A stretch of DNA of 64,000 nucleotides from Corallochytrium limacisporum Hawaii (GCA_002811645.1 PDIP01000028.1:194939-258938), one strand, 5' to 3'. Shown: positions 1-13,336, numbered from the stretch's first letter. Made by a program: numbers and translations. The notes: a model not told the origin generated them from the letters alone.

Positions 1-2319
1 GATGAAATTGCGGGTGCGTTTTTTCTTCAAGTGGGGGCGACACGACCGGAGTATTGTTCGGTATGGTGTAGTCAGGGTAGAGACACTTGGGTACCTGAAA
101 TGAGTGAAGTCAAACTTCCGGAACAAAGAGCAAAGTGGGACCAGCCCCACAGAGAGAGAGAGAGAGAGAGCGAGGGAATACACACAATGGCTCTTAGCTC
201 TTGGCGCAGAGGGAGAGAGCGAGCGGGACACACAGAGTCCAAAAAGTATTCGTGCTTCTCTGTCCAGTATGCCCACGTTTGGCTCTCCACATTCTGCTCC
301 CCTCCCCTCCCTCCCCCAACTTCTTGTCCCTTGAGAGGGTTGATGAGATATATCTAACTCAATTGCCAAGACGTGTGCCAAAATGTACATCTTGGCTTTT
401 ACAAAATCAAAATTTTCTGACACCGGTCGAGTCGGCAGGCAGAATCACAATTACGTCTTGGTCAGGCACGACACGGCAAGAGAGAGTGAGAGTGAGAGGA
501 GATGCAGAAATTTGTACACACAGCTCGCGGTTCCATGGCAGGACTGCTGTCTTGTTTTCAAGTCTCATCAAAAAGAAACGCGCGAATACTCTCATTACCA
601 AAGATGCCTGGCGCGCGCGCGGGTTACCGCGCATCTATTTGTCCTCACCCCACCTTCGGTGCTGGTGGTACTCAATGACACGACCGGTAACTCTCGCCCG
701 CCTAATCATTTTCTCTGCCCAGGTCAGGGTGTGATTGCTGAGAGACAGAAGGGTGCCGCGGGAGAGAGCGAGGGTAACGGTAGAGAGAAAAATTGACCCA
801 AAAAAAAAAGGGGGAAAGGCGGTGGAAAATGAAAGCCTATCGAAAAAAAGCAAAGAAAAGGTGAAAGAGACAAAATAGCGAGGAGAGTCTCAGCACAGAC
901 GGCAACGATAAGAAAAAAATACTAGCGAGCGGGAGAGGAAGAGCAGGGGGAGGGGGGGGGGAGGTAGAAACTAAGAGCACCGGAATGAGGGAACAAAACA
1001 AGTCCGAAAAATGGGAGGGAGAGAGAAGTAGGGGGCGTGTATACTGTGCGAAGGAGGGGTTGGGAGCCAAAATGGCATACAAAACGGGTGAAAGGGGACG
1101 GGGGAGGGGAGAGGGGGGGCCTACCACACGGCGGGAGAGTCTAGGGACTGAGTCAAAAATGAAACAAAAAAAGAAGCAGGAGGGAAAGAAACAGAACGAA
1201 AAAAATTAGAGAACCACGGGGACGGGGGGGGGGAGGGTGGAGGAGGGGCTTCGGGGACTATTGTAGAGCTGCTGCTGCTGCTTGCTGCTGGGTTGCCGCC
1301 TCTGTTCCTTTTTCCCTCCTTTCTCGTCTCTAGCCCAGTACACCCCCCCCCCCCGGGGGGAGGGGTTGTTCGAGCAAAATCTGGCCCCTTTCCCCCTCCA
1401 TCTTTTACCCGTCGGTGCGTGTGTGTCCGACAGTTGTCTATGCCCATCCCTGAGCCTTTCTGGGAGTGCGAGACCGTTCCGGTGAGTCTCATGTACCGGG
1501 AAAAATTAAACTGATGGTCGCCTGGAGAAAAGTTTAACCGGAAGAAGAAGGGGGAGTGAAGAGGACGCGGAAACTGTGAAAAGGACCAATTAAAGGGGGA
1601 AGGGTTTGGTGGTGGTTGTCTGCTTCGGTAAAAAATATGGGAAGGAATCAGGCATAGAGAGAAAAAGAGAGAGAGAAAGGGGTGAAAAGGGGGAGAGGGA
1701 AAGAGAAGGGGGGGAAGGGAGGTTGAAGATGAACAGACTCCTTTTCTTGCAAGAGGTGTGACTTTGCTACCGCTGATGGTGCCGTCGTGTATGTCTGTGT
1801 GTGCGTTGGTGCCAACGGAACCGACGATGGGCACCGCGTCGACGACAATCGTCTTCTCCGCGTTCCATTTCGGATGACTTGGGGGGAAAGATGACAAGAA
1901 TTGAGAAGGATGAAGATTCGAATTGTTTCTGGGTTGCGTCGTCACCGGACGCACCAGGAGCGAGCACGGGATCGGCAGGTACATGGAGGATGATATCAAA
2001 CGAATACATGGTGTCAGAGGAGAAAAGGTAAGTAAAGTGACATTTCGGCGAAAGTGAGCTGATAAAGAATACAAATCTAAAACGAGTGCAACGTCAGAGT
2101 GCTAAGATAGTATCAGATCGAAACCAGCAGTGTGTGATAGGCAAACGGATTGAAGGTTTTGGAAAGTACCGAGCTATGTCTATTATGTGGAAGTACTGAT
2201 ACGGAACAAAGGGATCGATTATTCAAGTGTAGGCTGTCAGTTATAGTAGCTTGTGCTTGGGTCATACAGCTCCCATATTTGAACAGAAAAAGAACACAAC
2301 CAATCATATATAAGCAGAA

Positions 2320-4650
2320 ATGGAAAGGGCCATGAACTTGAGGCGCCTTTCGCGGCGGCGGGACTCATTGCCCACCGCAACATTACCAGATCTCAGCAAG
2401 GGTAAGGAGCGCGAAGAAACAGCTCCTACACGAAACAGTATCAATATTCCGAACTTGAAGCGTCAGCACAGTGATGTCAGTGCACCTGACGCAGATGTCT
2501 GCCTCTGGCAAGACGATGACGTGCCCGCCATGGGAGAGACCGGAAGCATCAGTAGTTCACAGGTCCGGAAGAAGACACGGTTCGCTCTCGTAAAGGAATC
2601 AGACAGCACTAGCAGTAGCGCAAGCAGTGGCTCGAAAGGCAAAGGCAAGGATAGCAATATTCAGTCTGATGCTGTCGATGGCAGCAATGTGGACGAAATC
2701 AACGGTGAGATTATGGCTACCTTGGCGGCTGTCCGCGGCAACGACGGTGCCGAGTCAGTTTCAGCGGAGCAGTGGCTTGAGAAGCGCGGCTCACTCGGAT
2801 CTATGCATAGCAATGGATTTGAGGGTTTGCTGGCGGGCCAGCGCCTGAGCATGACCGAATGGTTGGAGGCAAACGATGAGAGCAACGTCGAGGACAGTTC
2901 GAACATGGACGAAGACGGTCGGTCGTCCACGAGCTACTACGAACACCACAGTGAAATTTGTGCCATGCCGGACGGCAAGACGTCAGATGATATGCAGGTT
3001 GCCAAGAGCGCAGAGTTCCGAGGACTGGCAGATCTGCCTGGCGATGCCATTGTTAATGTTGTTGAGTACTTGGACGAACTTCTTGACGTCCGCAACCTCT
3101 TCTCATCGTGCCCTCAGGCTGGCTGGGACACCAGCGACCTCCTGACTCGTCGCCTCGTCCACAAGATTGCCAGCAAGAGCCGTCGTCCGTACATCCGTGC
3201 CCACGCGCGGGACGTGCTCCACAGCCATCGCCAGCCCCTGGAATGGCTTATGTTCTTCACTACCACCAGGCGTACCCTACCTAGTGTACAGAGCAACGCG
3301 TTCTGGTATATTCGTAGTCTGGAAGCCTTCAAAGAGGTAATGAAATCCGAGGAGGTTGGCAATGTTGGTGAATGGTATGACCATCCCATGGTCATGGAAC
3401 ACCTGATGAACATCGCTAGCCTGCGCAAAGTTGTCAACCAGGACGTCCTGGAGCTGACTGCCACCAAGACCGCTCTCCTGGAACTGCAGGCCAGCGTCAT
3501 GCTGCGCGCTGCTCACCAGATGCTAGACCGGTGCGTGAGATTGTGGATTGATCTTGGTCTGCTCACGGAAGACCTGAACACCATCAGTGCTCGTCTCCAT
3601 ACACAGGCCACTGCCAGCAACAATGACCACCACCACAACCAAGGCTCCCGCAGCACCTGGCAGGAATGGAAGGACAGTGGTTCCCGCTGGGTCCACTCCG
3701 TGTCCGGACTCTTCACCGCCTTGTCTGTGGCCAGCGGTAAGCCGATTGACCTCATGGCCCTGCGCAAGACCCTGCTTAACAAGCGCAACGGTTGCAAGAT
3801 CTGCCGCAAGCTCATCAGCGGCCGCGACCTCGAACTCATGCTGGCAGCCTTCTTCGCCAAGGGAAATCCTGAGGTCTATCGTCAGTACTTGCGTCAACGT
3901 GATGCTGAGGATGGACCGCAGTTGCCTGAAGGCCTGGTCATTCCGCAGCAGCATCAGCCACAACCTCAGCAACAGCAGAGTGCAACTTCGACGGGTCCGC
4001 TGGCGGACCCATCAACACCTTTCAGTGCACACACATCGCTGATGTCTCCTTCCACTGTCGCAAACTCATCCATTCTCGACGTCGCCAAGGACCCTATCGC
4101 TCTGTGGGTCGACCTCGCGGTCTGTCTACAGAAGACAGTGAAACAGGTTGAGCTCGTCTGCCCCGACGGGGTGGTCACAATGCCCACGAATCATGCCATC
4201 GGTGCCCGCCCCGGAGCTCTGAGCATTGACTTTGCCGCCCAGGCCGCAGGCATGCGCGAGGGCCGCAAGGGTAACACCGGCAGTATCATCCAAATCCTTC
4301 TGTCCGTGGCCCATTGCTGCCGTCAGTGGCACACGCGCGCTCCGGCTGCCAACTACGAGCCCTATAACCGCAGCGCACCCCCAGACTACTGGCCAATTGC
4401 GCAGCTGCTCGGCGGCAGGGGTGTATCGTGGATCTGCCAGCGCCTGCGTGAAGGTACCAGTCAAACTACGCTCCAGAAGCGCCTGGATCGCTGTGTCTTC
4501 CGTCGCGCTGCTGTGGCTCACATCGAGGATCCTACTCCTGCGCGTCATGTTGTCGCCAGTGAACCGACCAAGGTCATTGCCGTGCCCGTGCCCCAGTTGC
4601 TTACATCGCAAGTGGCCGTGCCCAACATGACTTTGTGGAGCCTTCCCTGA
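2320..4650 (+). CDS. 776-aa protein with a low-complexity N-terminus, a probable F-box motif and an unrecognised C-terminal region
   Basis: Long ATG-initiated ORF with coding-like composition; 'LADLPGDAIVNVVEYLDELLDVRNLFSSC' fits the F-box pattern (L..LP.E....I..YL). Confidence 0.7.
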   Translation: MERAMNLRRLSRRRDSLPTATLPDLSKGKEREETAPTRNSINIPNLKRQHSDVSAPDADVCLWQDDDVPAMGETGSISSSQVRKKTRFALVKESDSTSSSASSGSKGKGKDSNIQSDAVDGSNVDEINGEIMATLAAVRGNDGAESVSAEQWLEKRGSLGSMHSNGFEGLLAGQRLSMTEWLEANDESNVEDSSNMDEDGRSSTSYYEHHSEICAMPDGKTSDDMQVAKSAEFRGLADLPGDAIVNVVEYLDELLDVRNLFSSCPQAGWDTSDLLTRRLVHKIASKSRRPYIRAHARDVLHSHRQPLEWLMFFTTTRRTLPSVQSNAFWYIRSLEAFKEVMKSEEVGNVGEWYDHPMVMEHLMNIASLRKVVNQDVLELTATKTALLELQASVMLRAAHQMLDRCVRLWIDLGLLTEDLNTISARLHTQATASNNDHHHNQGSRSTWQEWKDSGSRWVHSVSGLFTALSVASGKPIDLMALRKTLLNKRNGCKICRKLISGRDLELMLAAFFAKGNPEVYRQYLRQRDAEDGPQLPEGLVIPQQHQPQPQQQQSATSTGPLADPSTPFSAHTSLMSPSTVANSSILDVAKDPIALWVDLAVCLQKTVKQVELVCPDGVVTMPTNHAIGARPGALSIDFAAQAAGMREGRKGNTGSIIQILLSVAHCCRQWHTRAPAANYEPYNRSAPPDYWPIAQLLGGRGVSWICQRLREGTSQTTLQKRLDRCVFRRAAVAHIEDPTPARHVVASEPTKVIAVPVPQLLTSQVAVPNMTLWSLP

Positions 4651-5336
4651 AAGTACGGGGAAACTTGACAGAGAATTAATAAACTTGAAAAGCCAATACA
4701 ACATGATTCAAAACAGTCAGTTAGATCCTCCTCTCCCTTTCTACAATGGCAGATTGCTCAACGCAGAGAACTCGCCCCTTTCGATCAATGTTCCTGTCGC
4801 CCGGTGGCCGGAGCGTTTCCAGTTTTTGTGCCGGGTTGTATACCAGTGAATGCCAGGGGCCTCTTTTTGTTCTTGGCCCCCCCCCCCCCCAAACCGCCGT
4901 CGCTGTGTGTGTTAGTAATCTCACAATATGCTTTCTGCTTTCGGGCGCGAAATTTTCGAAGAGATGGGGGGGCTACTGCGCGGCTGCGAAAGGGGGTGGG
5001 GTCTGTGGCGAAGGGGAGGTGAGGGGGGAGAGATGGTGAAAATAAGGGGGGGGAAGAGACCAGCGGGATATGGGTGAGTGCGAAAGGAGGGAGGCGGTCC
5101 AAACCTGAAAGAACCTCCACACTTGTGCAAGTCAGGTCTCACCCCCCACGCTATCAGTGGACGCAAAGATACAAAAGTGTTGCTTACCAGCGGTCCGGTT
5201 TGTTTTTCTTCTGAATGTGCAATTATTTCAGACGTCCGGATCAGCCTGAACGTGAATTGTGTGCAATGATACTGTTGGCCGAAGGAGAAAGGGACGTGAC
5301 TTCGTGTTGTGTGGCCTAGGTTCGTATGGCGTGATT

Positions 5337-7871
5337 ATGGGTGAGCCGTCTGAAAAGGACTGCCACTATGGATCCAATCCGTTCGGGACCCGGAAATACT
5401 TTGCATTTTGCAGCCAGTTCTGGAACCATCCAAGTTTTGTCGATCTATGCGAGAAATTCGATGACACATTTCCAAATGCTTCCATAGGACGTGCACTTGG
5501 CGTGGACGGGTTCCAGGTCAGATACAAGGATGATCTTTCCTCCCGTTCCATCATCGCAGCCGGTTTGTATGCTATGACATGTTTTCAGCCGCCGTGGCCT
5601 ATCACCGACCTCCCTGTCTCGGTCGAGGAGGAGGAAGAAGAATGGTCGGGACCCTCACAGAGCGCTGAGCATGTAATCTGTTCAACAGAGTCTCAAAGGC
5701 AGAGTCGAGCCTCATCGACACAAGCAGCGACGGAAGTGATTGGGGACGATGCAGCAGAGGCACCGGCACCAACGACCTCTAACATCCAGCGAACTTTGAA
5801 ATTTAGTCCAGAAAGTGCGGATGTTATGCCGTTGAAACGGAAGATTGATTTTGGAGAGACAGCGGAAGATCCACACTCGCCACGCATGTTGTCATTGAAA
5901 CGACGAATGGACTCAATTTTATCCGATGACGAAGACAAGGCAAACAATTCTCCTGGACATGGAACTCATCAGCATAGTGAAATACTTACTGACAGTGCCA
6001 GTAAACGGCGTCGGGATGCCAAGGAGAATGTTCGTGACTCCGTGGACTTCGGACGGGACGAGTCATCGTTCGAACTTCGCCAGGCCAACGTGTCTGGTCA
6101 CCTGCTTGACCAGAGCGACATTCCCACAGAGGCGTCCCTCGTCGATTACCTTCCGACTCAGCACTCCAACAATCCAATCCCGCCCAATTTGCGGTTCCAG
6201 CGAACCCCATTCAGCGAGAACCGCATCCTGGGCAATATGCAAGACGTCATTGCCGTCCCATTGGAGTCCAGTGGTGTGAAGGATGTCAAGAACCAGCGCA
6301 TGATTGCCATTCGGAGTGATCCTTCACAGATGCTTCCCGGGGAAGTATGGACTCGAATCTTTACCTTCCTCGACTATAAGACCTTGAAGCAGGTGGCGCG
6401 CACCTGTCGTCTCTTTAGAGCACTTGTTTGGCATCCCGCACAGTGGGACAAACGTATCTTCTACATCCAAGACAATCACATTCTAACCAGCGCGTACTTG
6501 AACAGGATCTTTGCACTTGGTCCGGAGATGTTGCATGCAGGGTACCTGGTTCGGCATAGGGAGGATGATCGTAAGGCGGAGGGCCAGGGGTCGGCGGTTT
6601 CTGCTGGTCTGAAATTGGTAAAAGATCTTGTCGTGTACAATGTCTTGGGGCGGCCGCAAAGCGGTCTCGCGCGGACGGCAGAGATGGCGGCGGATGGCCT
6701 GAAAATGATCAAACATCTGGACCTCCACTCACATAGCATGTGGCGATATGTACTCGGGCTGCTGCAGTATGTGGATTACTTGGATCTGGAGACCCTCAAC
6801 GTGAGCACTCATACGTCCAGTGCTGACGTCCAGCGGATTCTAAATCTGTCTCCGAAGCTCCGAACTCTGGTCGTTGACAATTGGGGACCTGATCTCGTTC
6901 TGCCAAAATCACTTGTTCATCTCAAGATAACAGCCCAGATTCGTTTAGACGGAAGAGGATGGCCACCCCTGCCGAACCTGCAGACTTTGCATTTAGATTG
7001 CCGCCGATTCAACAGGAACAACAACGTCCAGGGCCCGGTTGAGATTGGTTCTAACTCTTTGAGTCGGCTGGCAGAGATCCCGGAGCACTATCCCAACTTG
7101 CGCCATCTGGACTTGACCGGACTGTGGAGCACCTTATTCGTGGATGACTATATGGTGCCTGAGCAGCAGAATGTTCTCAACATGTGCAAGACTTTGTTGC
7201 AGGGCCTTCCAGAATTGATTTTCTTCAACATGAACGTACCCACTCCATTCTATAACAGCCGCACAGCTTTTCTTGATACGGTTGTACGCCACCCGAGTCT
7301 GCGTACACTCGTGATGAACCACGGTGTATTCGAGTTTGATGACCTTGGCCCAGTTGCTCGATTCTACATCAAGCTCATGAGGAAAGCACCCCATGTGTAC
7401 GTTGCCCGCGGTCTGGGCCTGGAACAATTGTTGGAATTCGACCACTTCATGCCGGAACCGTACCAATTCATCCGCTACCATCGCATGGATGGGCTGAGAA
7501 TGCAATGGCAGGATCCGCAGACAATGCCAGTGGATCGGAACACTGGAGTGGACGGCAGCTCTTTTGCCGATCACTGGTTGCATCGCATGTACAAATTGAA
7601 TGCGACTGAACCCTGGTCTCGTGTACCGCTTGAAACCAGAGCCCAGATAGACAGTTTCTGGGTCACCATGGGCGAAGCGTACCACGACTTGATTGAGTGG
7701 GAGCACCGACGGGATGACGAACCCTCGTACACGATGGAGTATGTCTGCTTCGACGACGACGACGAAGAACAAGAGTCTGTCATATCCGGATCAGAGTCCG
7801 GGTCGAGACCCGAGTCCGAAGATGAAGATCGGGTGGAAGATGACGAAGACGACGAAGATGATGTGGACTGA
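5337..7871 (+). CDS. F-box/LRR protein (SCF substrate receptor-like)
   Basis: Clear F-box 'MLPGEVWTRIFTFLDYKTLKQVARTCRLFRALVWHPAQW', then LRR-like units (LPNLQTLHL, YPNLRHLDL, HPSLRTLVM) and an acidic tail. The ORF track starts at GTG 5259; the first ATG is 5337. Confidence 0.85.
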   Translation: MGEPSEKDCHYGSNPFGTRKYFAFCSQFWNHPSFVDLCEKFDDTFPNASIGRALGVDGFQVRYKDDLSSRSIIAAGLYAMTCFQPPWPITDLPVSVEEEEEEWSGPSQSAEHVICSTESQRQSRASSTQAATEVIGDDAAEAPAPTTSNIQRTLKFSPESADVMPLKRKIDFGETAEDPHSPRMLSLKRRMDSILSDDEDKANNSPGHGTHQHSEILTDSASKRRRDAKENVRDSVDFGRDESSFELRQANVSGHLLDQSDIPTEASLVDYLPTQHSNNPIPPNLRFQRTPFSENRILGNMQDVIAVPLESSGVKDVKNQRMIAIRSDPSQMLPGEVWTRIFTFLDYKTLKQVARTCRLFRALVWHPAQWDKRIFYIQDNHILTSAYLNRIFALGPEMLHAGYLVRHREDDRKAEGQGSAVSAGLKLVKDLVVYNVLGRPQSGLARTAEMAADGLKMIKHLDLHSHSMWRYVLGLLQYVDYLDLETLNVSTHTSSADVQRILNLSPKLRTLVVDNWGPDLVLPKSLVHLKITAQIRLDGRGWPPLPNLQTLHLDCRRFNRNNNVQGPVEIGSNSLSRLAEIPEHYPNLRHLDLTGLWSTLFVDDYMVPEQQNVLNMCKTLLQGLPELIFFNMNVPTPFYNSRTAFLDTVVRHPSLRTLVMNHGVFEFDDLGPVARFYIKLMRKAPHVYVARGLGLEQLLEFDHFMPEPYQFIRYHRMDGLRMQWQDPQTMPVDRNTGVDGSSFADHWLHRMYKLNATEPWSRVPLETRAQIDSFWVTMGEAYHDLIEWEHRRDDEPSYTMEYVCFDDDDEEQESVISGSESGSRPESEDEDRVEDDEDDEDDVD

Positions 7872-10800
7872 AGGAACCGGGCAAATCCAGGCGAATAATC
7901 TGGAGTCTATTTTCGGGTACCAGAAACCGGGTCTCCATAGGGGCCCCAACCAGCTCTACGAATATTGATCTGTTTTGTGCATAAACCTTAGAAAATGGCT
8001 AGACACACAACTCTCACTCTCTGTCTCTCTACTACGAGACCTAAAGTGACGCCACAATTCTAACCTTGCAGTGGTGCCCCCCTCGGTGGGCAAGTAACCA
8101 TGAATGGTACCTTTACGGAGGCCCGTTTCACTGGCGTTCCGTTAGTTGACTACTGTTCCGTGTTAACCATGTCTTTCGATGTGATTCCCAGTTCTTGACG
8201 TAAAGTGACGATGATGACGACGCTTGTGTCCACAAACATAGGCAAAACTGTCATTGACCGGCACGAATGTGAGAAAAGAAGTACTCTATCAAACGATGAA
8301 AAGGCTGTCCCGTTCCCGTCCTGCATCATGTTTGACTGACTTGTCTCGAGTTGTGGTACAGATGTCATTGCTTTGATCTGCCCGATCACTTCATTGCTGT
8401 GCATGTACGTAGTCAGTAATACAATCAACCTCCCACTAATAATCACGAGCGTTTCATCCGCGGCCGGGACGTGCATGCAAGCCAGCAACTTTTTCATGCA
8501 CACACAAAAAACACACGCCCCAGAGCAATAAATGAACTCCAACATCTCTCGCTGAATCTAAAGCCCAAAGAAAAAGAGGACGATGATGTACGCCTGTCTG
8601 TGTCCTCGCCACAAAGAAAAAAAAATCCCACCACCGCCTTTGGCCCGTCCTTCTGTCTCCCTGTCTCTGTGTGTGCTTGTGTGTGTGTATATATATACAT
8701 GTGTAACTCTCTGTCTCGCTACAACTTGGGTCCACCCACACACTCCTTCTACGGATCTTTCCTTTCCCGTTCGAAATCTGGGCCACATGCAACACTTTGA
8801 ACTCGCCTCTCCCCATCATTCGATACTTAATATACTGCAGTTGTTGAGAATGATTGCACCGTCAGGAGGATCCACCCCCCGGGGCACATGCACATCGCCA
8901 GCATCCAATGTACTGGAGCGATGATGCACATGGGCAAGGGTACCGGCCGTGGATTCAGGCGGACTGTTTTAAGTATTGAAAGTATGGACTCATGGCCACA
9001 GTCTCGGGGGCTAGCGCAAGGACCCTCTCTACAGAAAATCCGTGACACATCCTGCTCGAAATGATTTTTCAGTCCATTCATTATGTACGTAAGGCACGTC
9101 AGAAAATGTTCCACTCGACCGTTTTGGTACTCTCGTCTTCCTTTCTCTCACTACTCGCGTGTCCTCCTTGTCTTTTCCCCGATCTCTATACTGAAAAAAT
9201 GGACCCCGTCCTGATAAAAAGTATCGTTCCCAAAGGACATCGCGGATCGCGGGTTCTTACTCGCCACCCACCCCGGGGCGCCTTCCTTTGCGCGGAGAAT
9301 TTTCTTTCCCGTTTGTTTGGCATAGGAAACAACGGGGCAGAGTGGTGGTGGGCGGAGGAGACAAATCACAAAACAAAGAAAAAGAAAGGAAAAAGAAAGG
9401 AAAAAGAAAGGGGAAAGTATAAAAAGTGTTGTGGGTTGTTGCCGCGGGGTCGAGGGGACGATGGCCAGCCGCGTTGCAACGTCAAAAGGGAAGAGTGGGG
9501 TGTTTACTTGCTTTTGAAAAGGGGGGAGGTGGGGGGGGGAGAGAGCTGGACGTTTGTGTGGCTGGCCGGTGGTGGCTTTTGCCCCTTTTTGTTTTTACTT
9601 GGGGCTGGCTTGCTGCTCTGCTCTCATTCTTTCTTTCGGACCCGGGACAAAACCGAAAATTTAATTTGGTTTGGCTTGGCTTGGCAGCAGCAGCAGCAGC
9701 CACTGGTGCTCACCACCCAGCACCCCAGTAACCCCCCCCCGTCCTGGCTTTGACGTTGGTTCCTGGGTAGTCTCGGTTTTGTTTTTTTGTTTTTCCCCGC
9801 GCCCCGGTGTTTTCCTGCCCCCCCCCCCTTTTTTTCTTTGTCTTTGGTGGAAAATCGCTTGGAGACCCAGGGAAGAGGGGGGTGGGAGACGACGGGTTGA
9901 TTGGTTAATAGTGAAAGTACGGCATAGTCGGAGACTGATGGGAAAATTTGGAGTCGCGGTTGGCGGCTCGACCCTCCCCCCCCTCCCGGCCGGGGGGAGG
10001 AGGAGGAGGTGGGAGAGACCACCCACCAAAGGGAAAGAAGGGAAACCCGAACGGTAGGCACGATGATACCATCGCCTGCAGCGGCTGGAAATCAGATAGG
10101 TCCTACCAAATGTCAGAGCATATATTTTCATACTTAAACACCTACTAGAAAGATGAAAATGTGATAATATAGTACCCCCTCCTCTTCCCCAAACGCAGGG
10201 CTGATGGAAACAAGCAAAAGGGGGCCCCCGGTGAGAATGGCCTCTTTTTCGGTTACGGTGCTGCGTGCGTGGGTGGCGAACGATAGAACGAAGAGCGGGG
10301 GTAGGCCAGCCACTACGGGGGCAGGTGCCCTGTTGCCAGAAATATGCGCGCACAGAGGAGAAAAAATAATAGCACATTTACTATCGCAAATGGGGCAGAA
10401 AAACGATAGGTAAGTAAAAGAAGAGGGAAAAGTGGAAGAAAGAACGAGGAAAAGCAAAAGGAAGGGGAACGAAAAAAGAAAAAACCAAGGGCCAAATGGG
10501 CGGGCAGGGCAAGTCCACTCTGCACAGTGAGCAAAGATGGGAGTCAGTTTTTTCGCCCGGGGAAGTGGTAGTTTAGTAGCAGTAGTAACTATAAAAAATC
10601 GGTGCCCGTTAGCACCGGTTGGCCCAGCCTTTTTTGGGCCTACTCCTTTAGACAGGACCAATGGCCCAAAAGAGCGAGAGAGAGAGCGCGGCAGGCCTCG
10701 ATAAAGAAAACAGGAGGAGAGGGGGTGTGTGTGTGTGGACACAGAGAGAGAGAGAGAGAGATTGCATGGTAGCTTTGCTATGAATAAAGTTTTTGCCTCG

Positions 10801-12310
10801 GTCCAACGACACCTATCCCACTCCCAGGGAGACGCGCTCCCAGCCCGAGATAGAAAAAGAAAAGCCAAAAAAAAAAAAAGTAAGTGACCCAAACGTTCTA
10901 TAAGTTCACTACTACCAAATTTTCTTTCCAGCAAGGGCAAGGCCGCTGTTCGACTGACAACGTCCCATGGCAATGGAGGTCACTGATCATCCTACTACTG
11001 GTCACACAGCGGATGGTCATCCAATCAACTTACTATTCAATAGCTAAGCAAGCATGCATGGTGTGTGAGGACAGCTTGGACTCATCACGCAGTTGCACGC
11101 CCCGGTGGTCATACACCCCTCGGGTTTGTTGTGGGTTGCTTTGCGGTCGGTATTGCCTGCGCACTCCTTTTACTATATACTTTCTTAGTCATTTCTACTA
11201 CACTCGGTTATTTCTGAACCATCGCTGGGCATTTGATTGCCGAGCCCGGGCGTCATCCATGTATGACCGACCCACCATGGCCTGGCAGCACTGGGCAGGC
11301 TTCTGCAATGTGACCACCACCACGGTCGGTCATTCAATCAAGCCACTCAGGTCACACCCACCGAAATCATTTTTCTTGATCAGCCAGAACAGCAGTGTGT
11401 GTCTGTTGCCAGACAGTCTAAATCTAACGCACACACAGCAGCCACCACGGTTTTTTCTCGTTTTCTGGTCTTTGCCCTGCAGCAACCCCCTTCGTCCCGG
11501 CCGTCTTCGTTTAGCTTAAAACACCCACACACCCGCTACTTTCGTTCCTCAGACCCTCGGCCGGCCCCCGGTGTCCCACTGGCACGCAAGCGAGGAGCAA
11601 AAAGGTATGCAAGTCACCCCTCCTCCATCAGACAAGCACGACACGCAGTCACGGCGTACGGGCCTCTCATCACGACACGGGGGGTTAGGGGACGGACCGG
11701 ACCGCCCAGTGAAATAGACAAACCACGGGGAAGGGGGGGGGGCCTGCAGCCAGCCAGCGAAGGTGAGGCCAATGACAAAGAAGGGGGGGGGTGTGAGGGA
11801 GGAGGAGGAGGAGACAGGAGCAGCAGCAATAGCTCGTTCGGTCCGCTACACACTGCTCTTCTCCGACGGCACCGCCCGGTGTAAAAAAAAACACATGGCA
11901 TGCTACGCATGATATTAATTTATTATAATGAATGTACGGCAAATATTCGACGCGATTTAACGCCTATGAATGGAATGCTGAAATTTGAGCCTCCATGTGG
12001 GATTGGCAGTTGGACCGTGATAATAGATCTTACTGCTGCCCGACAAGTGCCCAGTGAACCCGGGAAATGCACACACACACACACACACCGCGCTCTCTCA
12101 TCGTGCAAGGGGGGGACGAGAAATGACAAGAAAGTGGTAGTTGCACATTTCAGATTGTGTCATCCATTAACTATGGCCGTGGTGGCACGGTGAATGGCTC
12201 TCTTTCTCTTCTTTCACGTCCGGGTTTGCTTTTTTCTGCGTGGGCCCTGCGTACGACACACGCGGGTTGTGTACATACCGCTGCGTCCAATTCTTCCCCT
12301 TCTCGGCAAA

Positions 12311-12372
12311 CCCCCCCCCCCCCCCCCCCCCCCGGGGGGGGGGGGAGGGGGGGGGGGGGGGGGGGGGGGGGG
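12311..12372. repeat. Giant C23-G12-A-G26 self-complementary homopolymer tract
   Basis: Read directly from the sequence. Confidence 0.9.
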
Positions 12373-13336
12373 TGTTTGGCTGGTTGGCTGGTTTGGTGTT
12401 GTTTTTTTGCTGTGTATATCAAATATATGGTTTGTTTGTGTGTTATTTAAAAATGAAAACAAAACAAGGGGGTTTATTTTTTGCCAGTGTTCACAATATA
12501 TTGATAGAGGAACAGGGAAAAAAATTGGACAAAAATCTTGAGAAGGAAGAAAAAGCAATTGCATATATATAGTAGGTACGACCATAGTGAAGAAAAAGAA
12601 AAACACTTTACCGAGTTGTCCGAAGTTTTGTCCAATATGCTTCTCTCTGCACATCACGGGTTTTCACAACCTAATATTTCACGGTACCCAACACCGCCGG
12701 CATATCATGTCTTCTAGAGAGGGACGTGTGTATTACAAGGAGTTTATTTTTTTCTTCAGCAGGTCAGCTAACCAGGCCTGAATCGGGCTCGGGGGAAAGG
12801 CAGGTAGTACCACCACGGAGAAATCTGGATCTAAGTTACTCCGGGGGTCGTGTTATGCGCAGTGCATTCCAATAGCCAACTCGGCAGTATTCTCCATAGG
12901 ACCATGCCAGTGGGGTGGTGTGTCATTGTCATGTCGGGAGACATGCACACCCCCGTCTGTCAGAAGAATTTCCTTAAGGAACGTTCTCGTCCCCCTTTCG
13001 GGCCTGTGTAGAGTGACGATTATTTGGCCCCTGTGTGGCAATGGATTTTTTGGTTGGGTGGGTGTGTGTTATTTTCGGCTGACCGAGGAAAGAAAACAGA
13101 CTCCGTTGGTTCGTGCCCACAGCCCCCCCCCCACAACCTTCGCCCCGGGAAGAGAGTGAGGGTTTTACTGCCTTTGCCTTCGGTGAAGGAGTCGGTCAAA
13201 TGTCTCCTTGGTTGTCGGTCACACAATGTTCTACGGTGAATACGTTTAATATGCGTAAAAAAAAACAAATGAAGCAAATGAGAACCGAACGAACAGGTGA
13301 TTAGCGCACGGTCTCCACTTGGCCTCTCTGCTGACA

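Noticed and set aside
1-2300. Overlapping ORFs up to 317 aa (e.g. 1121..2074 -)
   Set aside because: They arise from purine/pyrimidine-skewed low-complexity DNA that is poor in stop codons; the products have no domain-like content.
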